From NCBI GenBank assembly GCA_963924565.1, contig OZ004610.1, positions 12,214,001-12,278,000 on the forward strand: a stretch of DNA of 64,000 nt, written 5' to 3'. The stretch comes from Ascidiella aspersa. Taxonomy: Eukaryota. Both the position numbers and the translations under genes were made by a program. The stretch's first letter is position 1; each line of letters starts with the position of its first letter. Positions 50,953 to 63,851 of the stretch are shown here, in pieces. Under the pieces are notes generated by a model that searched no databases, had not been told where the DNA came from, and saw nothing but the letters and a program-made list of their open reading frames with translations.

Positions 50953-53900
50953 GACTTCAATGAGGCTTTGTAACTAAAAACAACAATGTGATGCTTAAAG
51001 GTCGTTTATTGTAGCTTCTAAAAGCGGGCGTGAAAAAAAAAACGGCCGACGAATTAAAAGGCGACACAAAACATGGCGGAAAATACGGAAACCACGAATC
51101 CAGGTGCACCTAGTTGGCCCGGAACAAAATCCAGGATAATAAAGCCGGGCGGCGCACAGCTGGCGTTCGCTCTTAAGTTGCTTATTTGCCTCGTGCTCCG
51201 CGGCCGGCCACCGGGGAAATATAACGGCAACATGTGGAGTTGTTTACGGCCAAATCCCCCGGCCGGCTCAAAATAGCTCCCATCGCGCGAAAACCCTCCT
51301 CGACACAGTTGAACAAGCTTGCCTCGGTCAACTTTAATACGTGGAGTTTTTAAAATACAGAGAGCTGGTAATAGAGTTAATAGGGCTGCCGGAGTGCCGA
51401 AAAACGCGCAAAAAGTAAAGGTATTTAAGGAACCGGGGGCATTGAACCCGCCTTATGCACTCTGCACGCGGCCTTGCTGAGCGCGCAGTCGGAGCGCAAT
51501 GCGTCCCGCTGGGAGCTGGAAAGTCGGTGTATTATTAGCCGGGCTTATTAAGCGAGCGACAACGACGCCACCGGTCGTTCCAGGGAAACCGCGTCTGCCG
51601 GTCGGCGAGGAGTTCATCTGGGAAAAGTGCGTCGTGGCCTCGTCACAGACTTGCCCGACCAAGTTCACGGCTTATACCAGCGGTAAATGTACACGAAAAC
51701 GATGTGAGAGGCAAGCGAAATCGTTCGAATCCTGATCGCAGGCGAAGAACATTTTTGCTAAAGACGCGGCACTAAATACTGACGAACGTGTGAAAAGTGT
51801 TTAGGTGCTTTTTATGCGCCAAGGTAGCGACCTGGACACCTGAGGACTTTGTAACACCGCAGACCGGTGCTCAGGGCAATATATACCCAGGCCATATATC
51901 AATTTGCGATAATGCTGCCATGGAAATCAGGATTTTCAGATTGGCAAAATGTCGGTAAACACGGTTAATTTAATATTATCCTTAAACTGAGTCAGTTTCC
52001 CCACATTCCATTGCTTCTTTCGGACATGAAAAATCTAGAATGGAATTTACAATAGCCTATTGCTAAGCTCGAAAGCTTAATAAAATATAGAACTCTGGGT
52101 TTAAAACAAAAGTCGTTAACAGGATCCGATATTTCATTAATAAATAACGAAAAAAACATAATGAGTTTCCGTGCAAAAGAACATGGATCGGATAACCGAA
52201 CGTAGATTTCCCTAAAAACTCGCATCATGTGGCACGAACAGATTCAATCTTTCTTCATCACTTATAAAATCAAGAAAAAATCACGTCGTGCAGTGACATT
52301 CGTTGATTGATGGGCATTTAAAAATAATTTGCTGAAGCGCTGTTGAATATTAGCAGAAATCTCGAGGGAGAAAGCTAAATTTCGGCCTCCAAGTGACCCC
52401 GGGATCTAACCCGATCTTGGCACATCGGTTAAATCTGGTCGACGCCCAGTTCGTAATTATTCGCGACGCCTTGTCGCATCAGGACGGCCGGCTCTTTCAG
52501 CCGTTGTTTGAACAGAAACCCGAGTAAACCACGCCTGGGCCTCGTCTTCCAAACTGCTCCGTCTGTCGAGTTTAAATGCCGACAAGACGCCCTGGCGAGG
52601 CGCGCACAAAGGATTGCCGACTGTGAGAAAGCAGCCAGCGAACGGGAGCGCCGAGCAGGCGGCTTTTTGTTGCTTCGGACGAACAGAGACGGCTGTTGTG
52701 TGTTGCGTGCGCCCGCCCGCCCACGCCGACAAACATAAGGCGCAAAGTGGACCGATGACTCGGTTTGTTGTGCGTCGACTCGGTTTCGCTACCAATAATA
52801 TCGAAGCGCGTTGGGTTTAATTAACAAGGCCGATTAGGTTCCGCAATTACACTCAGACTTGGGGAGAAAGCGCCTCGGGAGAATCGACTACCCGTAGCCG
52901 GGGTACTTTCCTGGCTAGATGGTGCGCCACTTGGGAACCCGATGTGCGCGATTTGAGCGAGTCAGGTCTGGGTCGAGGCCTCCCGTGCGCAACACTCGAC
53001 ATGTTTCTCCCTGTTTCAAACTTGTAAACAGCAAACGATGGCCAACGCGGATGCGACTCCAGACTTTTTTTTTGACGGGCTAAAAGACGACCGAGTCACT
53101 TGTTAGACCGTTTAAAAAATATTCAGAACCCTCGGATGGACAATAAAACCCCATATGTTTTTTGTGGAATTCCCTTGCAGCGGCCACGAGTGGCCGAAAT
53201 CTCTGAAGCAAGGTCAATAGGGAGCCAGGGCCATTTTTGTAGTGGCCTCGAAATCTGGCCGAGTGCCTTTCGCTGTTTTTATGAATCACGAGTTTCATGA
53301 TATCGAATCCCCGGGTGATCGATCAACATAAGACTTATCAGCACATCTAGCGCTCGTGAACTTGTGGCTTCGCATCTGACGTTGACTTATGATTGCGGGA
53401 TAATATACTGTCGTCCTCCCCATCACCGCTTCCGCCTCGTAAACTTGTTTATCCCAGGATCTTGAGATTCCCGTTAGCGCGACTAAATTAAATTAATGTC
53501 AGGCCGCTACTTAGGTAGCGTTAGTGGAGTGAGACAGAAAAGCAAATTCAAGTAACAACCACACACTAAAAAAACACATATATAATACCTATATTCCTTG
53601 TATTTGTTAAATCAAGTTTCACTTGAAACGTTCGAACAATGGCACCCGGTTATGTACAGGATGTGAATATATTTTACAGGTGTGCTTGCGATTGACTTTT
53701 TGCCATTGCTATTACGCCGACATGTCTTTATTTAACCGGTAACAACAGTACACAGACTAGGCGTTGTGTATTTCTCCTTCGAGACTCATGGTTTTGGTAA
53801 TTTTCGAAAATTGCACGAACCAGGTCGCGTGATAAGCCGATTTCACTCGGAGAATTCCGCTCGTTTTTGCGAGCGGAGCCAAAAAACGAGCAAAATTGCC

Positions 53901-54148
53901 GCCTCTCGCGAAATCGCCAATTTAGGTAATGACGCTTTGGGGTGCCCGCTCACGGCTCAAAACACGGTGGAGCCAAACGAAGCGGAAAGACTGGATTAAA
54001 GCGGGTTCCCCCAGTAAACCCGGAAACAAGTGGCGGCGAGCGAACCCGAAGTAACCCGAGTTTGACTGGAGCGTATTTTTTCATACAGTTTGGCGTTGTA
54101 GATCAGTAACATTGGCGCCTTGTAAAATGCGGAGATAATACTAAAACG

Positions 54149-54198
54149 TCACGTGATGCTGCTGGTGCGCGACTAGCGGACAAATGGCGTCACGTGAC
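54149..54198. promoter_or_regulatory. Paired extended E-boxes
   Basis: TCACGTGA at 54149-54156 and GTCACGTGAC at 54189-54198, 41 bp apart. Confidence 0.45.
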
Positions 54199-57100
54199 CT
54201 CTCATACGGTCGTGCCTTTTCACAGAGCGTTTACCTGCGCAATGCGACGTTCGGCACGTGTTAGTGGGCGCCAGTTCAAACTGCATTTTCAGATCGAGCA
54301 TCGACATTGCGAAAAACCTTGATTCGCTTTTCAATTCATAGTTCATTTATTTATTTTAGTATTCTGGGACTGGAGAAATTTGCGTGGACAGCATTATTTT
54401 CACCAAACCAAGACACGACTATTGTGCCGGGGTTACTAGGCCGAGCGCATGGCGACATTAAATAAACACACGAGCAAATAGGCGCAAGTATATAAGGATC
54501 GTAAAATTTGTTTTTGCTCGTTTCCGCTCGTACAATTCACAGAGCGGCGCGTTTCTTTTTATATCACGCTTGGCAAAAAGGCCTGGGAAAAATAAAATAA
54601 TTCGACCCTCCATTTCCGAGAATAACAACATGTTGGCGGCTTCGGTTAACAGCCAAAACGGGGTCAGGGAAATCATCAAATAAAAAAGCAAAAACCGCCA
54701 AGCAAAAAAACAAGGTGGCCGAGCGCATAATTGAAAATAATACAAGCACTTAGAGTCAGGGTCAGTTCGGTACGAGAGGACGACTGCAAAACAACAGATA
54801 ACGGAAGCACTTTCGCCGACCGCAAGTGGTGGCACGAACCCCGGGGGAAAAGAAATAAATCAATTTAGGTGCGGAATTAGTCGGCTGTGGGCTGCCTGGA
54901 CGTAGGTAGCGGCTACTGCTAGGGGCTGACAGTTATTTTCTACCATGTTTAAAGCTGTTTTAACATTTTGATTTGCCGTCACATATGCCACTTAAAATAC
55001 CACGAAACATCGAATGAAAAGGAGCGGCCGGTTTTAGGACGAACTCGGGATTTTCCAGCTGCTATTGATTAGTCTGTTCGCGTAACTAAGGACATTTAGC
55101 AAAACCCTATATACTCAAAATCGAAATATTAACAGCAGTTTTCTATTTTAACGTTTTAATTGCTATGCAGGGAAACTACATAAACTAGTAGAAGAAGATC
55201 AGCTAAAACACTCTGGCTCGTAAACGCTTTATTTATTGATGGTTGAATGATTTATCGTTTACACAAAAATAAGCCTGTTTTATGCGGAATTTTGCTTTAA
55301 AAAAGTTGCCTTGTCAGGGCGAAAACAAAGCCAGAAACGATCACGAAAGACAGCGCCGCCTAAGGTACGGCTAGTAACCAACTGTAGAGAAGGTCGCTAA
55401 ATGTCAATGGCAACAAGATTAGGACCGATGAGAAGCGGGGTTTCGGGAGGACGTAACAACACCTGTCACCCAAAGCGTGCCATGAAACATTGCAGCAACC
55501 CTGCATTGCTTTAGGCAAGAAGCACTTTTTGCAGAAGTTATTTTGCACTAAACTTGAAGGTGGTATTACAAGTCCGTCCAAACAATTTACTCGCTTGTTT
55601 CACCTTGCAGCAGCCAACCAGGTGATATTTTAGCACTGTTTACATTGGTTTATTAGAATTACAATCTTAAGAACTACAGTTTTCTAGAATTAGTAATGCA
55701 GGTTATTTGCGGCTAAAATAACACCATTACGTACACTGTGGCGCCGAAAACAAACCCACACATGTGTTTTCATTTGTCCTGACATTATGTCAGCTTAGCT
55801 GAGTGCTCGGCACAACTGTATAGCGTGGCCGATAATGTTATTACATTGTTCAGTCAAGTGCACACAGAAATGGGGCAATATCCGGTTGCGTTTACAACCA
55901 CTTTCAATTTGTAACTTGGCGCTGCGTGTCTCCACAGTATTTGGTAAACCGTCTGTGAAACGAAGTATACGGCTGCATAATCTATCAATTTACCTCAATC
56001 GTATTTTGTTGCTGGAATGGAAGATGGACGAGCCATAAACATTGAGAAACTAGGCGGCAAAAAGGCTTCGGCGATGGTTAAAAGCCAAGATGATAAAGCT
56101 AAAATCGGGCGATAAAAAGCGGCGTTCGGACGCAACCTTTTTAAGATGAACTACTTTCTACATCTCGTTTTGCGAATAGCCGGGTCGTTAAAAGTAACGT
56201 TAAATCAATGTTCGTTGACTGCATAGAAGTCCGCATTTTGATGCTGAACCTGTCCAATTTAAGCCACTTGGTTTCATGTTCTTTTCAACCCACACGGCGA
56301 ACATAACAAATAACAGGTAGAGGGGTCTGGTTTTTGTTGTAAACAAAATTGCTCGTTGCACCAAGATTCGTGATCGAGCGACCGCGATTGAATTAGAAAT
56401 GCGCGTCCCTGAGGCGAAGGTGCCTGGCCCCGGGCGACGGCTGATTGAATTCCACATGCAATTTCCTGAAAGGCGACCGCTGTGAATAAAGTTGAACTGA
56501 CATCACCCCGTGACTCTGTGTGTAGAAAAGGACTTCAAATGACCCAAAACACTTAAATTTTACCGGGGTTGAACTACAAAAAAGCAAAAACTAATACGCA
56601 ACTATAAAGTTTGGCCCAAGGCGCACACTTTTAGAAATTGCTGTGAAGTTAAGCGTTTTGAGAAAAAAAGTTAAGCTGGCAGTGCGGCATTCGCCGAACC
56701 TTTTTAGCAAAGAGTGCTAAATCTCTTGAGCAGCAAGCGCCGGTAGCACTGTATTCACCAGCTAAGAATATAAAAGGCGCGGGCCATTAATGGAGCCCGC
56801 TATCGAAGCCGGTTTTATCCCTTAATTCCGACTCGCGGTTGAACCCGTAGCTATAAGTTAAGCCTGTAGGTCTTTGTCGCAAGCCTATTTTTAGTTTTCG
56901 GTTTCAAGGATTATGGCCGGCAAGGGTTCGGGGCAACCTCTCGACTTCTGTCTATATAAAACAGCGCTTTCTTTTCTGGGCCAAGGTTTTTGTAGCTCCA
57001 TAATAATGCTCGCAATAATGGGCAGTGTTCGTTCAAGTGGACTTCTCCTGCGCTGGTGTATAATTTCGAGACGGCGGGAGCTCTTTAAATGACCCGGAAC

Positions 57101-57820
57101 AATGCGATCGGGCGCAAAGGTCAAAAAACAATTGACTCTCTTCTGCGATAGCACATATTTCATTCTTGGAAAAAGTCGAATAAAGTTCCATTGCTTCTTA
57201 TGGTTAAACTCTCAGATTTAAATATTTAAATGCGCTCAAGGGTAAGTCGTTTAAAAAGGTAACCAATCAATGTTTTAGTCAGAATAATCACGTTTATCCA
57301 ACGCTCCCGTCTATTCGCAAACAAAGTAGGTGTGGCGAATTGCACCCGTCAATCTTCGAAGTCGACGACAAAACTTGTAACAAAGAGACGCAAAATTGGC
57401 AAAATTGCAGGTTATTGATCGCTCGTGTGCTTACATACAGCATTGACGCAGGTTAACTCGCGAAGCCGTCACCAATCCGGTCGAAGAATAAAAAGAAAGC
57501 AAAGAGCTGAATTTCGCAGTACCGGGTTCAGGAGAATATACGTTAGAATTTTACCGCAACAACACGCCACTTGTCGCTGTAGCACATAATTTTCATAAAG
57601 CCGCTGTTGTTGCTGGTATTATCTTGCCGTGACTCACAGCCCGAGGGTGTTAGCTGGGGCGTCGCTGGGGTCGAGTGGGTTCGGGAGCCGCGTATGACGC
57701 CATTTGCGTCATCCGGAAACACACAAAAAAAGCTTGTTTTTTTGTAAAAATATGCAAAAATTGAACAAGCAGCGACATTGTCGTTTTGAAAGGATTGCTT
57801 AGTTGCGACTGGGCTCGTTA

Positions 57821-57879
57821 TCCATTAATGCTTGTTTTTAAGTATGGAAGTTCGGAAGTTCTCCATTAATGTTGTTTTT
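57821..57879. repeat. Direct repeat pair enclosing a smaller tandem repeat
   Basis: TCCATTAATG(C)TTGTTTTT at 57821-57839 and 57862-57879, enclosing GGAAGTTC x2 (57846-57861). Confidence 0.8.
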
Positions 57880-60800
57880 GTGTTTAATGCAATCGCTGAG
57901 ATTCAAACGATTATTTAAAAATTTAAAGGTGATATTTGTTTCTTTCCTTAAGACCTAAAAATTGCACCTTGCAATCTTTATTCCCAACCTCGATCATAAA
58001 TGAGGGGTGTACTCAACCATTAGCGGTCACGAAAAGCGGTAACGGGGTGTAATTGCCATAATGTGATAAAACAAACGTGGCCCAAAAGTGTGACTCGCTG
58101 CGTTAAAGAGTGATCCCGAGGCCAAGTCGGGAGAAACGCTCGCCAGTGCAATCACTTAACTCGGCTGAGAGCTTGTGAGTGATTATCTGGAGGGATTAGT
58201 GGCGGGTTAACTGCGCAAATGTGCCGAGAGAAGGGTCCAACCGTGCGTCAAAGGCAAGTTCTGGAGGGAAGCGAACCAAATTGCCCTGAAGCCCTTTTGC
58301 CCGAAGGTTGGCGCCGACTGGAAAGGGATCTGGAGATTTAACGCTGCAAAAGAGATCAAATAACGCGGCCGCCGCTCCTGCAATTTACAAGGACGGTTAT
58401 GGTTTGAATCTTTACATAATTTTTACTCCAATCAACTACATCAAAAACTGCTTCGATTAGGGTTAATTTTTCACGAAACATCCGCTAAGACAGTGTCCAT
58501 TTTAGTGATTTATATGTAATATATTCTTCCATTTTTTTACTCCTTGTCATGGCGGGTATTAATGCTTCTAGTTTTTTGTTCAAACGGTATTGAGAATGTT
58601 CGCGTCACTAATTAATATGCAAACAGCTATAAAAGGACAAACAACAGCCGATTATATTCGACAAACGACTAGATGCAAATTTAAGTTAAGTTTACAGAGG
58701 ATCCAAAACGGTCATGCAGTAGCAAGACTGTAAAAAAGTATCCTGGTAAGTACGGCCACTCGGGCTTCAAAAACACTTGGGTGCAAGAGCATCGTTCTTC
58801 GAACCATTCCGGTCAATGCACAGAGCAAACAACAATAAGACTAGGGTTGGGATAAAACGCACTGTATCATTTCGCACGCGTGCGCTCGGGAAACAATTTG
58901 TTTGTCTTTCGTTAGTCATCATCTAGCGTTGAAGCCTTTTTTGTACGTTTGTAGGGCTGTCAAGGCGCTTTGTTATTGTTGTCTAAAGTACCGCATAGAA
59001 AGCAGGCTGTTGGCCACATGACATCATTGACAAGGACCTTTTTTTTACTTTGCAAGGTTACGAATCACAATATATGCAAACACCTTATTTACAGTTAGTT
59101 GAGTAGAAAAATGAACCTTACTGTATTCGAAATACTAATAGCGATGCCTTTCCAGTTCTGTGGAACACTAAATATTCTCTTGAGGAAGGTTTATTGTTAT
59201 TTGCTTCAAAATATGCGACAGGTTAAATCGTATTAAATCTCAGCCTCCAAACTGCACAGTAAAAGTAAAACTCCACATTTCGAAGACGTTTGACACAAAA
59301 GTGTTTGGAACTCTCATTGACGGCCTATTCACAACCGAATGCTTTGTTGGATTTGATTTATCACACTATTTTTTAAAACTTCAAAAACAAAATTGTTATG
59401 CTGTTATTTCTGGGCAACACTTTATAAATAAAACATCGGATCTTTCAAAAATTGTGTCAGCGCGCAAATACCGATCAGCGAGAAAGGAATATTGGCCACA
59501 TAGGAGTATAAACCATATACAAGTTGCTGGTTCCGAAATTGGATGCTTGCAAATTGCGAAACATTTTTGATGTGTTACGCATTTAGTATTTAGTATTTTG
59601 AGACAGTAACTAACGGAATGAACATTGAACATACGTTACATTCCAACTTACAAATGAAACAAAATTTAAACCAGTAAACTGGATTTGGTCGATAACATAT
59701 TATGCACCATTTAATCACAGCATCCAATAGGTTCAAGCGGCTATTTGGAGACCTGCCAATTTTCGGCGATAATTCCCGCCGATGAATCACCCAAGGGTCC
59801 AAAAGCAAATGGGGATTAACTTTGCGACGACGATCGATTAAGGATGCTAATAAACATGTTTCTACGACACCGAACAATCGCAACAGCGTCATTGATACCA
59901 TTCATCGCCATCAATAGCGGTCTTTTCGGCTAGCCAGCAGGTGCGCGGTTTAAAATCAACAAAAACATGCCGTCATGTTTTTTCCAATTAGGTGACGGAA
60001 TCATTACTCACGATTGATTGGGGGCATTCGGTGGGCATTTGGATATACTGGAAGTATACCTGACAAACAGTGCAACCATGCGATATGGACTGGTCGATTG
60101 ATAAGCGTTAAAAGCTATTAGTTCGAAAAGCCTAAAATACAATTGTAATTTGTGGACGAATAGTTAGAATGCATGCTAAGATACAAAGCGTTTCACGCTA
60201 TTTCACAATGTCGTTTGCATGGCAGCTTCGATGGGCCAGGCATTTAACACGCGATTTTCGTGTGTGCGCAGAAAAGAAAAATAACTGGGTCGGTGTGCTG
60301 CGAATAACAACACCAGATTTTTTACAGCGAAAATAATCGCGGTCGCGTGGTGTCGCACATCTAGGCCATGGGGTCGTGGTAGATTTTCTGCAAAATCGAG
60401 AGGACTACCTATTGATGGGTTTCAGGGGGCCGACAAACTTCCCGGACCCTTCATGTTTCGACAGCGCAACGAAAGTCGTTGACCCTGTTTTTTTAAACAT
60501 TTCAGGAATTATATAAAACACAAACTAGGATCCCGAGCACCATACAATGCACATTACGCTACGCAGAAAGTATTTCTATTAAAATCCTTTGTCCAATTAA
60601 ATTATCCAGCCATCTAGGACTTGAAACAAAAAGGTTTAAAACGCTAAGAGTATAATCGAACACATAGAAGTACAGTACTGCAGTTTCAACCGGGTCGAAA
60701 ATCGCTCGTTGGCGCCGCACGAGGACCTTTCGTGCTACAAAGTCAAGCGTATACACGTTGCCAAATATGGCATTCGGTCACTCTGCTGCTTGGAAAGACA

Positions 60801-61682
60801 TCATCACAAAGCACGCTCAAGACACGCTTCGGGGGAGAGATTTCTCAAAACAATGAAGGAAACACGCGGCGGCTGCGTGATCAACAGTAGAGCGGCCGCG
60901 TGGGTTAAAAATACGGCCTGATCAATGTGCGCAACCCGGCAGTCGGTTGCAACGCAACGACAAAGGATCAGGGGACAAAACCGGCACCAGACACTTTCGT
61001 CGGGACCTCTTACGTATTTTTGCGGCAACCGGAGACGGTCCATTGTTTCGGTGGCGAAACATGTCGGCAGATGAAACGTTGAACAAGCGAGAACAATGGG
61101 TCGCGATTTAGCACAGCGTGTCGACACGATGCCGGTGCAAAGTTCCAGGCATGCCCGGAACGTGTTATCGTGCTGTTCCAACGTCCATGTGCTGGGAAAA
61201 GTTCTCATCCACAAAACTTCCAAAAATAATGCATTTGACTTTTTATTGGAGAACATGTGTGCTTGCCATTTGCGCAATTCGGGACGATAAATATAAGAAA
61301 AAGGCTGATGTGGAAATCACATTAAGCGCATTTGCAAGTCCAACAAACTATACCCGCCCCAATACAACAACTTTTCATAAAACAAATAGCGAAAGGGCGC
61401 AAACGAAAAGAACCCTGAGAACTACTTCTTCCAATATATCCGCAGGTGTTTTCCAGACTCGCAACCCAAACAAGGGCCCTTGGATGCCGCGTCGAGTGCT
61501 GTCCAAGGGCCCTGCAGCCGTGGACCGGACTGAGTGCCGAAAAAAACTTAAATGGGCTCAAAGTGCCAGCGTTTTGGTTAAGCGCCTTGTGCAAGTTTAT
61601 ATGGCCAGCTCAAGAGACAACTTTTCAAAACTGTTTTTAGGTTTTTTTTTTTTAGTTATACCATGTCTGCTTGACTTTAGAT

Positions 61683-62138
61683 TAGGGGTTCCCAACCGGG
61701 GGTACGAGATTGAACATCAAGGGGTACGAATATCCTAGGGTCACAGAGCAGTTTTCCAAACAGATTTCAAAGTATAGTTTTATTTTGGAATTGTAAATGA
61801 TGTTATGCATTAGAGTCTTTGCTTTAAAAAACAATTATTTACAAATAATTTTTGTTATTCAGTAAGAAACCTCATTGTCTTATAATAATGCGTTTTTTAA
61901 TTGCAGATGGTTCACGTGTGGAATGAAAGTTTTATATTGAAGTAGTAACAAATATCTCACTGAGAAGTGACAAACAAAATAACTGTTATTTCTTTACGAT
62001 TTTGGCATTTTTTATTCAACTTTTAATTGAGCTATAAAAGCAATGTAATTTAGCAATATATATCTGAAAATTTCGATTAGGGGCTACCAAAATCGTTCTG
62101 ACCTGACAAAGGGGTACGAGCAGCGAAAAAAGGCCCTG
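61683..62138. mobile_element. Degenerate non-autonomous hAT (Charlie/Buster-like) MITE, 456 bp
   Basis: Left end TAGGGGTTCCCAACC (same TIR type as the 38026 element, first base C>T). Right end AAAAGGCCCTG equals the expected AAAAGGTTGGGAACCCCTG lacking TTGGGAAC. Flanks CTTTAGAT (61675-61682) and CTCTAGAT (62139-62146) form a 7/8 TSD. Subterminal GGGGTACGA occurs twice near the left end and once near the right end. Confidence 0.78.
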
Positions 62139-63044
62139 CTCTAGATTAATGACGGATAATTCAGTTGGAATATTCCCACCATTACACTCAACCCCACGGG
62201 GGTCTATAATGGTTAAGACGTCCGCGACGGCTTTAACTATCGCATCAACAAGAAGTCGACCGACTGACCCTGAGGATCGCCGAGGTATGTTGGCTCAATG
62301 GGCAAAAAATAACAAACGGTCCGGCGCGAGACTAAAGTGGGGCCTGTCACGTGACCCACGTGCGTCATAGTGATGTGCAAACGCAACAAAACTCGAGAGT
62401 CCTCAACAAAAACAAGGGCCGGTCGAGCGAACCGCGCCTCAATGTATTGAAATTGGCCACAGAAGGTAGGTTCCATTTGAATGGTGGCGGTCGTAAGTCG
62501 TTCTCTGTACGACTTCGGTTGGGGTTTGTGGCTTACAAATGACTCATGAATCCCGCGGTAAACACAAGTTTGTACAAGCTTTGCAGAAAAATCGAGAGTG
62601 CGGCAATCACATGGTTTGTAGGGCCACTGAGGACGACTGTGCTTAGGAAATGGTAATGAACATTGCAAATTGATAAACGACCCAGGCGCTTTTTCACAAA
62701 AAAATAGTATAGTGAATTAAACAATACATGTATGTTAAAGTTTAACACACATATGGCTAATTAAAATGCCCGTATGTTTCAGCTAACATATTTATTCCAG
62801 GGTTTTTAATGCTTTAGATTTTATAATTACCTTAAGCAACAACTCTACAGTCTACATCCTCAGACACGCCTAACGGTGGCACTACATAAAAAGCGCGGCT
62901 CTATAGTCACGACATTCGAACTTTAGTGAAAAGCGTGCAGAAGTGCAAAAACAAACCTTCAATCGGAGAAAAAAGGTGGTCGGTTGTAAACATCTAGCGG
63001 AAAAGGCGGCGAGGTGTTTTGTTTTGCCGCATTTGTCACATAGT

Positions 63045-63851
63045 TAGGGCTGGAAGTAACCGACTAGCATCCAGCATAACCCACTTACTCCTAGGCCGCC
63101 CATAAACATGTGCACGAAGGGTACGCCTGAATGGCAATAGATAGTTGAAAGGATATACAAGTTCGTGATACGTTGTAGAGATCGACCGATATCACTTTTT
63201 TGGCCGATACTGATACCAGATTCTTTACAATTTTGTCAACCGATATCCGATACCGATTTTTTTTTATATACCTGGGAAATGTTCAAAACTTGAATTAATT
63301 CAAAATAAAATTCAAATAATGTTCTAGCTTATATACCTTTATTAATTATTAAACTATTATTTTCCATATTAACTTGGCGTGATGCTAAAACCCAATTTTT
63401 TTGATCAAAAAATGGGCAAGTTGTTTGGTGTATAGCAAAAATTATACTATATTTTCGGACTAAAATATCGGCCTACATTTGCCGATACCGATATATCGAT
63501 AGAAGCCAAATATCCGCCGATATTATCGGTAAACCGATATATCGGTCTATCTCTAATACGTGGTTTCGACAACGTCAGTTAGCGAACCAACCCTGGATTT
63601 GAAACAATTTAACGTTGACTATTTTTCGAGTATTTTTTGAACAAGCCAGAGTTCTACTCCCGCGAGCTCAAACCTCGGGTCATATACCTGTTTTCTTGTA
63701 CTGTGAAATTGGGAGCGACTAACGATACGAAAACGAAAAAGTTAGGTGCTATAAACAAGCTACACGCGTCTTTGTTCTCCTTGGGAGTCAATACCTTTTT
63801 CAAATTTGCCGCTCTTTTAAATAACAGCGAACCAGAGTGACCTCCAGCCTA
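63045..63851. mobile_element. Possible older hAT-like element that hosts the 63176-63555 MITE
   Basis: Left TAGGGCTGGAAGTAAC (63045-63060) versus the reverse complement of the right end, TAGG-CTGGAGGTCAC (63837-63851). No clean TSD, so tentative. Confidence 0.35.
63176..63555. mobile_element. Non-autonomous hAT (Ac-like TAGAGAT terminus) MITE, 380 bp
   Basis: Left TIR TAGAGATCGACCGATAT; right TIR reverse complement TAGAGATAGACCGATAT (16/17). Flanks ATACGTTG (63168-63175) and ATACGTGG (63556-63563) form a 7/8 TSD. Many subterminal CCGATA/TATCGG repeats at both ends around an AT-rich core. Confidence 0.9.

Noticed and set aside
51661-51735. tRNA or tRNA-derived SINE suggested by the B-box-like GTTCGAATCC (also GGTTCAATCC near 10397)
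   Set aside because: No cloverleaf stems and only a poor A-box match.
197-58680. Octamer ATGCAAAT (at least 9) and forkhead GTAAACAA (about 11) as enriched motifs
   Set aside because: Only about 3-fold over a crude expectation, and easily explained by A-run bias in AT-rich spacers; a proper background model is needed.
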